Below are positions 44,901 through 57,100 of a stretch of 64,000 nt of DNA, in pieces (within the stretch, counting starts at the first letter, position 1; every line of letters begins with the position of its first letter). Under the pieces are notes generated by a model that was not told where the DNA came from, did no database searches, and was given only the letters and a program-made list of their open reading frames with translations. Made by a program: the position numbers and the translations under genes. Where the stretch lies: positions 30,680,773 through 30,744,772 of the forward strand of contig OZ037766.1 in the NCBI GenBank assembly GCA_964035545.1, written 5' to 3'. Source of the stretch: Bugula neritina (lineage: Eukaryota; Animalia; Bryozoa).

Positions 44901-45654
44901 TAAAGGCAGGTCTCCTACCAAACAGGAACTTCCTCCATGTTACGAGGGCGTGTCATGGTCAAATGTTACTCTAGAAGAGTTCATGGCGTGTCCACACAAC
45001 CTGGCGCGGAACAGACAGACAAGGATGCTGGCCAACTTGTCTCTGATAGGTACGTGTGGTAAATGTGCGGACAGGTGTTCTTCACTTAGACCAGGTTTAT
45101 ATTTCCTCAGCTGATGTTTGGGTTGATCCTCTTCACCTCTCATGCTATCTGTTAGAACTAGAGCTATTTTATAAAACAGCAACTCTGCATGTGTGTATCT
45201 ATAGTAACTCCAAAGTTGGTGAATTTGCTCCAAGAAAGATTATACTTGATAATGGACAGTGTATAATAGATACATCGCTATTGCAGGTTGCTATGCCGAC
45301 GACATGCTTTACAATCCAAGCAAAGGACAAATTCTTCTGGAAAGTGCCAAACAGACACTCCGATCCTTCCCATACTTCAGCATTCAGTCCCTTCTCAATG
45401 AAAGTCAACTGCTGTTTGAGCAGACGTTTGACCTGAGGTTTCAGACGCCAATGTTTGAGCAGAAGAACCGACACAATAGACATTCGGCAGACATTCTCCG
45501 CAGTTTACCAGAGTCTCTACAGAAACAGATCCTGGAGGTCAATTCTCTAGATGTACAGCTGTATGACTACGCCACCCAACTCTTTCATAAACGATATCAG
45601 TATGCCCTGAGACATTTAGTACAACATAGTTCATACCGGGAACCTTATTCATAG
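38916..45654 (+). CDS. HS6ST: Heparan sulfate 6-O-sulfotransferase
   Basis: Exons 38916-39255, 42986-43148, 43415-43540, 43794-43892, 44898-45049, 45287-45654. Type II TM anchor, 5'-PSB VFLHMQKTGGT, WLFSRYSVGWKCGLHADYTELT, 3'-PB LRDPMSRFVSEW, CPHNLARNRQTRMLA, NSLDVQLYDYA. Confidence 0.96.
41735..42078 (-). mobile_element. tRNA-derived SINE (~340 bp) in an HS6ST intron
   Basis: Minus strand: A box TGGTCTAGGGG, B box GGTTTGATCTCC about 35 nt later, then a unique body and a TTTGCCTTT-type tail. Confidence 0.6.
43190..43430 (+). repeat. ~25-nt degenerate repeat duplicating an acceptor plus exon start
   Basis: ...YAG|TTATTGGCT... units at ~43340, ~43363 and ~43389 precede the real CAG|CTATTGGCTG at 43414. 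Confidence 0.8.
43925..44885. repeat. 18-bp minisatellite, ~53 copies, filling an HS6ST intron
   Basis: Near-invariant core TCTACAGTATAG followed by a variable 6-mer (AATATG/AACGTG/AATGTG/AGTGTG/AATGCG/AACATG). Confidence 0.98.
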
Positions 45655-47499
45655 CAGTGGGGGAGGCTTTTCACATAGGATCTCTCTTATTGATTGGAAC
45701 AAGTAAAAGTCGTTTCTGTTTTAGCTAATTTTTTAGGAGCAGAGTCTTTGTTTAGATAGGGGGGAGGGGGTGGTATTGACTCTCCGTAGTTTACTTGGAT
45801 TTACAGTTTTCCAACTGCTTATTTTCTATAACATTTGGAAAGAAAACATTCGAGTTAACATTTGGAAGGACAACTCCCAGTTAGTTGCTAGATCTTAATT
45901 GTCTGCTAGCAGAACATTTAGGCAGTTAGTTTCTCTGTTTATTGAGTTGTATTGTGTCTATGAATTTATATTAATATCTTTTTCTATAGGTTTATATCTT
46001 ATGTGATCAACAATTCTATCTGACAATCTTTCATATTTTTTTCAGGATTGCAAAAGTTATTGAATCAGTTTTGAAATGTCTGCATATTTTCTTCCCTAAA
46101 CACGTGTCTTGCAGCTCAATGTTAGCCATTCTATAGACAGAGTACATTGGTGCTAGTAATATTATTATGTAGTCATATATTCAAATGTGCTTATTTTTTT
46201 AACAGTTTCGTTTATATTTTGTTACATAATTACGTGGTATATTTTACATTTTTCTCACCCTGTTGCGTATCAATCAGTTATAGTGTAGCATTTTTTAAGT
46301 TTTACTATACATTTCAGAATAATCATTTTTTTAGTCTCATGACTCATATTATTGCCATGGCAACGAAACAAGAACAAATAAATTAGTTGACAATCAGAAA
46401 AATAGTTTTCTGTTATTCAGCAATTCTAAATGACACCGTTGCTTTTCTTTATAAATAATATGATGTTATATAGTCCTTACTGTATTATTGCATATCAAAC
46501 ATATAAAGTAGCATACAGGAGGTAACTATAGGTTCAATGTAGCTACCATAACACCTGCGGAAATCAGAGCACCTGCAAGAACCAGATCACCTGCAGCAAA
46601 CAAAGCCCCTGCCCACCTACCTATTACATGTTCTTACCATGTTATGTTACAGGTTCTCTTCTATATTGAGTTCATCAAACAGCTGCTTTTTTATATCTGT
46701 TGGAACTCTATACCCCCCTTCCAGCACATTGTCTTCTGCCTAATATTCCAGCCTCTCTGGCCCTGTACTGTAACTCCATGCAATCTCTTTTCTCTGAAAT
46801 AACCGACTTGTTAGTTTAATTCTATAACCACTCTATGCACTTTAATTCAGCTTCAGTATTAACTAGATTTTTATATTTTCAACTCAAGTGATGCTTATTG
46901 TACTTCTAGGCTGTAACTGGAGATATTATACTGCTTGGATGTTGTTGGATTAAAAACATTTTTTAAGGTCTAAGTGGAACTCTAATTGGATTTTGCAGAG
47001 CTATGGATTGTGTATAATATATAATTATTGTGAAATTTTATGAAACTTTCAGAAAACTATCAACCTGGTGCCATGTTGCTTGAGCAGCATATTGTTATAT
47101 TATGCATCTGGTTACTTGTAGCATACTTACTGGTACAGCTAGTATATAATATATGGAATAGTTAACCAGTAATACAATTTTATTATATATAATGAGAAAT
47201 ATGATACTCGTCATAACTAGAACATGTTTTATCTTGCTTGTACAGTTATAACATGCAGCTGCACAATATGGTAAACTCTGCTAGCATATAATCCATAATA
47301 TAATGTGCAACCAACATCAAGTGGCAATGCAAAAGAGCAGTTAGCACAGGGATAGAAAGATCATTGTTATATTTGAATATTTTGCTGCAAGCTAAAACGC
47401 ATATTATTAAATTGTGAAGAAAGTTTCATTTTAGACATTCAGTTGGATTTGATTGACAAAAGAAATTACAGAAAATGCATAAAGAATTTGTCTTTTTGG

Positions 47500-47570
47500 A
47501 AATTCCCGTGGTGTAACGCAAAAGCACAGCTCATCGCGCATGCGTTATACTCTATTCCGGTGTACACATG
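47500..47570 (+). promoter_or_regulatory. Putative eIF5B promoter with an NRF1-type site
   Basis: GCGCATGCG at 47536-47544 within a CpG cluster; ETS-like TTCCGG at ~47555. Confidence 0.55.
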
Positions 47571-47749
47571 TCTTGCCAATTCCAACAAATTTTAACTTTG
47601 AGTTTCTATTGGATTGCTCCATTTTCAATCATAATTAATTTTTAATACTTGCTGGTGTTCAGAGCTTTCAACCGCGTTATTTTACATGCGGTCATATTTT
47701 TAGTAGTTGTTTTTTGCACCCAGTGGTTTTAAGCTAACCGTAGCGGTAA

Positions 47750-48130
47750 TGTGAAAGTAAAACTGAAGCTAGAACTAGAAGACGAAGTAGAAGTAAAACT
47801 AAAAGTAAAAGGAACCCAAATTCAATAAATATTAAAAATAAATGATTAATTCTAAATGATAGAAGTAGAAGTAGAACATCCACGTAAGACTAGAAGTCAA
47901 AGCTAGATAAAATTTAAACTAAATTAACAATCACAATGCCTAAGCCAAAGAAAGGAAGCAAAAAAGTTGCCGAATCGTAAGTGTTACTTCATGTTTAAAG
48001 ATAAAGTTGAGAATTTAATGAAATTTTTCTATTTTATTATAATTATAAATTGAAATATAATAAATTTAATATTTATAGTACCGGTAAATGTCAGAGCCAA
48101 GATGTAAGTAGTAATACTAATATTACTAAT
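47750..48130. other. 6-bp-phased A[CG]T tract in the eIF5B 5' UTR and intron 1
   Basis: 47756-47806 AGT aaa ACT gaa gct aga ACT aga aga cga AGT aga AGT aaa ACT aaa AGT. Confidence 0.75.
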
Positions 48131-51100
48131 CATATTTTATCAAAATAATTTTTGCATTTATTAAAAATTGAGATTCTATTCAGAATCAGCCCAATCATTC
48201 ACGTGCCTCCAAGTTCAAGACTCAGACTGTTACTCCAGAGTTTGATCATGATCTTTTATTGAATTTATTAATAATTTATTCACCGTCGTCAGCTAATTGT
48301 TCTAGGTTAAGTATTTGCTGATATTTAATACCACTAAATGATGACTTCATTGAAATAAAGTGGTTAACAAATTATTGCAACTCAGCTATATAACTAAGCA
48401 GTATTGAGGTTTGGTTTAGTCAAATTTAGTATATAACAAGTGGTTATGTGACAGAATATTTTATGGCTATTCTAGTGATTCAGATGGAGACTTCGTTGAC
48501 CCAATCAAAGCATCTTTGGCCTCTAATCAGCTTGACGAGGACGACCCTGTATTGAGTCTACCAGCGGCACCTCCTAAACAAAAGAAATCAAAGAAGAAGA
48601 ATAAAAAGAAAAAGTAAGTTGTTTAATTATGTTTTCTAATGTATTAATATCTCATTTTGTTAGTATATTACATCAGCTTTTCTATTAGGTTTTTTGTCCC
48701 ATTTCCATTGCATTTTGTGACTTATATGCAATGTTGTAGGGATGATTATGACGACGACGAGGATGATATAGAGCAAAAACTTAAGGAATTAGCTGTAGGG
48801 GAGTCTGATGATGAAGCCCCTCCACCTCCTGTGAAATCTAAAAGTAAGAAGAAAGCTAAACCTGCAACTCCTGCCATCAGTGCGTTTGCTATGCTGGGGG
48901 ATGACTCTGATAGTGACAAGATGGAGGACGGCGTGAACTCGGTGAGTGAAACATGATGTAATAGTTACATCCAAGTAGTGTTAGTTTGACTATTCTTTCA
49001 GAAGGAATTTTCTGGTATGGCATAATGACTTGAACTGACATTCGTTGAGCTATTTGTTAAGCTCAAACACCCAAGTCTTATTCAAAGCTGATCTACAAAG
49101 AGTAAGTTAGTTTTGACTTCTCTGATAGTATAAGAGTTAGTATATAACCTACTGGCTCCCTTCCTTTCTATTATAATGAATTGTAATAGTCAGTATGTTA
49201 TTATTTCATGTTATAACACAGGGTGGAAATAGTAGTGATGTTGAGGACCCAAAAGAAGATCGGACACCAACGCCCCCACCCGTCACAACTCCAGTGGCTT
49301 CTGAGAAATCCAATAAGAAAAAGGCTAAAAAGAATAAAGGTAGTGCGTTATACTCATTCTATACTTCATTGGCTCTATATTGAGTGACAAGTGACAAGGT
49401 GTAGAGATCTGTGTGTATTGCAATGTAGTTGACTCTTGAAATGTACATTTTTGAATTAGCTAATAGAATATGTTATGAAGGCTTTAGTAGTTTTATAAAA
49501 GTTTAATGCCGAGTTTTTCTATTAGAATCGCAGATGCTGTGAAACAGCTGGTATTGCTAGCCCAAGTTACACATACTGTGGGTATATTGAAGCAGTTTAT
49601 ATTTTGCGATATTACCAATGTTATGCCTGTTAGCCTGAGTTATGCATGCTGCAGGTAAAGATAAGTCTGCAGATAAACTGGCTGAAGATGACGAGTTTTT
49701 GTTGGCCCAGATTGAAGGTGTAACCCAGGTACTGGCCCCATTTCTCTCCCTACATTTCACCTTGATTACTTTTCAGTTGACTTTATTTTTAGGTTTATGT
49801 TTTCTGATTACTGATGGTTTATGTTGTTGTTAGAGACGTGTTGTGTAGATTGTGTCTGAATGTACTCAATCCTCTAGCAGAGTAGTGCAGCATGTTGAAG
49901 GATCCTGTGTTACTTTGTGTTTAGAAGAAAGATGCGGCTGAGGAGGAAGGTCAAGGTGAGAATCAGGTGGAAGAGTCAGAGGCAGCGCGAAAGAAGAGGG
50001 AGAAGAAACAGCGGCAGAAGGAGAAGAAAGAGGCGGAGCTGTCAGGGGTGGCAGTTGGGTCAGCAGCCGATGCAAAGCCGCCGGGAGAAGATGGCGAGGT
50101 TAGTTGTCGGGTCATTTCCTGTCGCACTTCGACCCTTCCAAGCATTAAGCGAGACTTTGTTTTTATTAGTTGCTGTGAAAAATCGTAAATACTCGCTCTG
50201 TTGACTTTCTTGTATGTGAAATTAAGACTAGTAAAAATAAACTCAAACTCTGTAAGTTGACTAATGAAATCAGGAAGTGTCCAACTTGAGCTATCTGTAG
50301 TAGTCATGTGATACATGCTAAGAGTGCACATCCAACTATGTGGTATAGACATAAGGAACTATGTGCTCTTTGTTGTTAGGAGGAAGGAGAGGGAAGTAAG
50401 AAAAAAGGCAAGAAGAAGAAAGGAAAGAAAACCGCAGCCGGTGAAGAGCCAGTTGAAGATGACAAGAAGAAACCTAAAAGCAAAGCCGTGAGTGTAACAG
50501 AAGCTGGTGTCTGTAGTACTACTCTTAGTGTGTTACCAGGTAGAGGCAACTCTGTGTACTGTGTTACCAGGTAGTAACAACTCTGCTGGTAGTTATATGA
50601 TATGTTACCAAGTAGTGACAACTCTACTTTCAGATAGCTGCAATGAAGGAGGCCCTCGCCAAGGCCAAAGAAGAACAGGAGAGAATGGACAGAGAAGAGG
50701 AGGAGAAACAGAAGAAACTTGAAGAAGCGAAACGACTCCGGGAAGAAGAGGTACGTCTGCTGGGTGTGTTGTGTCTTTGTGTTGTGTGTTGTCAGTAACT
50801 TCCAAAAATAATTTTCTTTAAACTTTCAAGAGTCTTTATTTCCCATCTTTCCTTTAGCTGCAGCAACCTGAGCATTTTTATATCTGAAACCTTTTCAGTG
50901 AGCATAGCATAAACTTTAACCTGGTGAGAGGCTGTGGTGCTTTTATGCAGTCGTGCTATGACCTTTGGTTAGCATACTTTATTATCACTTATAACTTGAT
51001 ATTATACTATATTGTAACTGCCATCATCTATAATTATTTCACCGTGTTTCATTGTCACTTTGGTTGATTGTGAACAGAAACAGAGGAAAGAAGAGCAAAG

Positions 51101-54100
51101 ACGTAAGCAGAGGGAGAAAGACAAGGAGCGTAAAAAGAGGCTCAAAGAAGAGGGTAAACTTTTGACCCCCGCACAGAAAGGTGAGCTGTAGCGTCCACGA
51201 TTGTGACATTTCGTATACTGAACTTTCACTGAGTCTAAAAGTTAGATTTAGTCAAGCATTGCTTTGCTATTTTTGTTCTGTGCTAGTGTGGTAGCAGATA
51301 CAGAAACTCATTGTGCTAGTGTGGTAGTTGCTGCAGAAACCTACTGTGCTAGTGTGGTAGTTGCTGCATATAACAATGTTTGTTTGTAGCTGCCCGGGAG
51401 AGAGCTGAGCAAATGTTACTCGCGAGGGGCATTGAAGTGCCGAAACCGGGTGAGAAGCCCGCCAAGAAGCCGTACTACGGTAAACCTAGGAAGAACAAGC
51501 AGCAGCCATCTTCTGAAAAGGTTTCAGCTCAAAAAGAAGACCAACCAGGTTCGTTTTCTTGTTAAAGCAGGTAAATATCTGCCGTTTGTAATAGAATTGG
51601 GAGTCACTCCTCTAAAGTACCTAATTGAATAGAGAGTTGATGGGCATTTCCTCAGTCTAATTAACTTCTGTCTCCTTTAAATGAGAGGTGACTGAGTTAT
51701 ACTGTAGAATGAGTAGCTTACAGAATGTGACAGAATAATAACAGAGTTGTGGGATAGGATACAATATAAGACTACGAAGTAATAGTAGCAATTGTAGAGT
51801 TGAAATATTTGTCTGTAGAATCGAAAGAAGTTGAAGTTAAAGTCGAGGCTAAAGAAGAAACTCCTAAGGTTGTCGAGAAAGAAGATGTGAAGGAATCTTG
51901 GGACGAGGATGTGAAGGAATCGTGGGATATGAGTGATGACGAGGTTACGGAGACTAAGGCAGAAGGTACATTGGGTAATCAGATCTACCGTTGGGTTATG
52001 TGTTAGTTTAGTATACAAGTAATATACTAGTAACTAGTAATGGATCTTTTTATTGAAAAACTATGAACATATAAGTAATAAGTAGTGAAAAACTATGAAA
52101 AAATAAATAATCAGTTTGAGTTTGATATAACCATTGAACTATAATTATAGTTTCAGTTCAGTGGATATAACAACACAAACATGGCATTCAGTTTCACCTG
52201 CACTTTTCATTTACTTTTCATAGTGCAACTGTTGTGAAACATTAATTTGCCAACACTTTATTTTTTGTTTCACTAATTTCAACTTTGTCATAATTTAAAA
52301 TTGTCATATTTGTAGTTGATAAATTATAAACATAACATTGTTATTATTAAGTTACAGAGTAACAACTGAACTAGTAAATTGTCATTCATTGACACTTGAT
52401 GAAGACACGGTTGTAAACAATGGTGGGTGATTGTCTGAATGAAGCATTAAAGATATTTAGATGAGAGTTTATAAATCTAAGTAGAATCAAACTGGTAAAG
52501 AAGGGAATTTCCCTAGAGACAATTAAGGTGGCAGGATGTGCGCAATATTACCTACTACTATGTCTACAGAGAAAGAAGAAACAAAAGTAGTAGAGAATGG
52601 TGCAGAGGTCATTGAGAAGATGGAAGAGACAGTAGAGGATAGTGAAGAGGATGAGGAGAGTGAGGGTAGTGGTGAGGATAGTTCTAGTGAAGAGGACTCG
52701 GATGAGGAGAGCTCCGAGGACGATGACCTCAGCCCCAAGGAGAGGGCACTGATCAGGATTAGAAAGAGACAAGTTGTTGCTGAAGCTAAGAAGTCAACTG
52801 ATAAACTGAGAGCCCCGGTTGTGTGTGTGTTGGGGCACGTAGACACAGGAAAGACCAAGATTCTAGACAAGGTATGTCCGTACTCACAGTGTAATTCCGT
52901 TTTTTAAAGTTGAAACTTTTAAAGCCAGCTCAGTGGTTAAGCTGTGTAATGTAGAAGCTAAGAATAGCATTTAATGAAAGTCAACAGTAATTAGTATTAG
53001 TTTTGTAATACCAGAGCTGAATAGAAACGTCATCTGCATGACCTTAAAGTTTCTTATACAATAAAATAGGTTGAGCACACAACCTCAAACAGTCTGTAGC
53101 CGATAGTAAAGATATATATGAATATTTTAATACTGCATAAATAAAGTGTGTCGGGGATTCTTAAGAAGTATGCAAATGTTTCAGATTTGTCTCCTCATTG
53201 CAAGCAGTAACGTCAGTCTAATGAGTAGAGTATATTTGTAGCTGAGACGTACCAACGTACAGGATGGGGAAGCTGGTGGAATCACTCAACAGATCGGAGC
53301 TACTAATGTACCTCTGGAAGCTATACAGAAGCAGACGTCATTTGTTAAGGACGTGAGTCACTAGACACCATTGTGTGTAGCTGCCTCTCCCATTTGTGTG
53401 TAGCTGCCGTACTGGCTGCCACTGCGTGTGCTGGGACCTGAAGCATGGACTTGTTTGTTTAGCTGAGTGAATGGTTAGCAGACACTTTCCCTCCTGTGTC
53501 TGTGTCACATACTGATATGTCCAACAGATGAGTCTCTGAACAGAGTATTAACTCTCCATTTCCTGCTCCATGATGTCTAGTCTTATAACAACATGTTAAC
53601 TTGAAGTTAAACAGTTCAAGTTGTTAAAGTCATTGATCAGTTTAGGCAGCTGTTTTAGCAAGTAGCAACATCTCGGGTGGGGGGGGGGGTAGAGGTTAGC
53701 CATCTATTGTGTGTCTCGCTATATATGCTAGATTATGTTTATTGGATGTTCTTACGTGGCATGTTGCTTGCTGTGCTGTAGTTTGACCAGCTGGAGTTGA
53801 AAGTACCAGGACTGTTGATTATAGATACACCTGGCCACGAGTCCTTCAGGTAAATATTATACCTTATTACTTTACTTTCTATTAGTCAGGTATGTATATA
53901 TCATATAGATGTAGACACTAGACAGTGCTCAGGTTTCAACATATTTCATAGATACAGACATCAGCTAGGTGAATATATTGTAGATACAAACAGTAGTTAG
54001 GTGTATATATCATACAGATACAGACAGTAGTTAGCTGTGTATATCATATAGATATAGACAGTAGTTAGATGAATATATTATATAGATACAGACAGTAGCT

Positions 54101-57100
54101 AGGTGTATATATCATATAGATATAAATATTCTGTAGCAATCTGAGGACCCGAGGCTCATCTCTGTGTGACATAGCTATTCTAGTCATAGACATCATGCAC
54201 GGTCTTGAACCCCAGACTATAGAGTCCATACAACTTCTTAAGAAAGGCAAAACTCCCTTTGTAGTTGCCTTGAACAAGGTTGGTTCATTTGTTTATTGAT
54301 TTTATTGATTTATTCTTTAGTGATTGTTTTTTGAAACGCAGAGCAAAAATATTGATAAAGACATTGCTTTGACTGTCATCTAACTAGAATGCAGGCGTGT
54401 GTTGTGGCTTGATATTGAGACTTAAACTGTATCTCAAATGTTGCCCTTTTTGGACAACTTTGGCATTGTTAACCAACGTCATAGTGTGTGATTATTGAAA
54501 TGTTTTGTTGCCAAAAATGTTGAATGAAACTCCCTTAAAAAGCCCCCCCCCCCCAAAGTCATTCTAGACAAACTTTTGATTTCTTGATATTCATGTGGTT
54601 CACCATAGTGCTGATAGGGTAATGTATATGTAGCTTGTGTTTTTATATACAGATAGACCGTATGTACGGGTGGAAGTCAAACCCCCACCAAGATGTACAG
54701 GCAGTGATTAAGAAGCAGTCTCAGAATACAAAGTCAGAGTTTGATGAGAGAGCTGCGAGTGTGATAACTCAGTTGGCTGAACAGGTTGGATATTACTAAA
54801 CTAGTCATTACTATTCAATATAGACTAGTAACTACTCACTATTCACTACACAACTCACTATTCACTAGTCACTATTCACTACTCACTACTCACTAGTCAC
54901 TATAGAATAGTAAGTTCTCTCTATTGACTACTCTCTATTCACTATGGACTGCCCACTAATGGCTACTCACTAATAACTAGTAACTTCTCACTAGTAACTA
55001 GTAACTCACTAGAGTATATACCAACACGGGTATTTACAGGGTCTGAATGCCGCCATATTCTATGACAACACAAACCCCAGAGAGTACATATCTATGGTGC
55101 CCACCTCTGCTCACACTGGCGATGGAATGGGCAACCTCATAGCCCTACTCTGTATCTACTCTCAGTCCTTCCTGGCTAGCAGAGTAGCTGTGACAGACAA
55201 CCTGCAGTGTACCGTCATGGAGGTGAAAGCTCTGCCCGGACTCGGTACGTCATTCTATTTATTACTACGCCTACAAGACTCTCCTGGCGTATTAATCTAC
55301 AACAAGATACAAACTCTTCTTTCATTATTTGACATTTTATAGCCATACAATATCTTACCTTAAACAGTGTGATATTAAATGACAGTATTGTACTAGCATA
55401 CTTTTCCCTCTCTATACACTCACAGCATTAACTGGTTAACTGTTGTAGCACTGAACTCAGCTATAATTCCATCATAAAAAGACCATTACTTTGCTTCTAT
55501 GCTCAAAGTTCTTTCAGCTTTTATTTTATTTTCTATGTAATGGAGTTTTGGTCACCTATACTGACAAGATGTTCACCCTTCCATTTGATCCATATTGTAT
55601 GTCAGTGATTGGTCAATTTGTTGGTTGAATACTTCAAATCAGTTATTACCATTGGTGCTAAAACGTTTTAATATGTTCATTAACTACTGTTGGGATAAGC
55701 AGAGTAATAATGGTGAAAGATAACTGAAAACTTGACCGGTTTCTACTTCTCCAGCTCTTTTAAGTCTTGAAAGGTCTTGAATGTGAAGTTTTAAGCATTT
55801 CAATTCTTCAAAGCATAGAGTGACAGCAGAACCTTTTAGAAAGTAGATGTTGGGTACAGAGTGTCCTCGTTATGTGAAACATGTGACTTCCTGTTGCACA
55901 GGTACTACCGTGGATGTGATTCTAGTGAACGGTAAACTGCAGAACGGAGATGTGGTTATTCTGCCCGGTACAGATGGACCAATAGTAACGCACATTAGAG
56001 AGCTACTTATGCCTGAGCCAATGAAAGAGCTCCGTGTGAAAGTACGGCCAGGATTCACTCTATTTATAATGTTGCTATTATGTTCTCTCACTCTTTTTAC
56101 ACTTTTAATATGTTTTCCTTAGACTCTATACTAACATATGTTATACTTAGACTATATACTAATACATGTTATACTTAGACTCTATACTAATACATGTTAT
56201 ACTTAGACTGTATACTAATACATGTCATACTTCAACTCTATACTAATACATATATATACTTAGACTCTATACTAACATATGTTATACTTAGACTAATATA
56301 TGCTGCTGTGTATTATACAGAGTCAGTTTAGGCACCACAAAGAGGTTGAGGCGGCCCAAGGTGTGAAGATTGTAGGTAAAGAGATGGACAAGGTTATGGC
56401 AGGTCTACCTATGTACGTGGCAAAGTACCAGGATGAGGTGGAAGTCTATAAGGTACGGTTGTGTGTATATAGGTGTAATATAGTAATAGTTGACAGTAAT
56501 ATATATCCTAGGTAGCAGTAGTATATGTCCTAGGTAGCAGTAGTATATGTCCTAGGTAGTAGTAGTATATGTCCTAGGTAGCAGTAGTATATGTCCTAGG
56601 TAGTAGTAGTATATGTCCTAGGTAGTAGTAGTATATGTCCTAGGTAGCAGTAATATATGTCCTAGGTAGCAGTAATATATATTATAACTCGCATTGCTAT
56701 AATCTGTCATCATGTTAATAGAATATATATACCTTTTAAATATAGTTGAATACAAATTATTTATTATTTTATCTTCCTAATTCCTATACAGTTATAATAC
56801 ATATGATGGTGAATAGAAGTGATAGTAATAAAACTTAGTAAATTATGATATTTCAGCTTTATTTTATTATCGATATAATATATAAATATGCATACTTCAT
56901 ATACAATGTACCCACATTACGTATGAGCTATTGCTGTATAGAGGGTTGAGAGATCTCATACAGCAATGTACACACCTTTTCATCACACAAGCAGCTGACT
57001 ATTTAATATGTAGCTGTCCTCTCATCACACTGCATTGTTGTAGGATTGGATCACCTCAGCCCTAAAGAGTGTACTCAATGCCATCAAACTTTCTTCCACT

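Noticed and set aside
43800-44974. Three long ORFs (373, 353 and 327 aa) of YTVDxF / CLQYR / YSIE repeats
   Set aside because: They are translations of an 18-bp minisatellite lying inside a GT-AG intron of HS6ST whose flanking exons join in frame.
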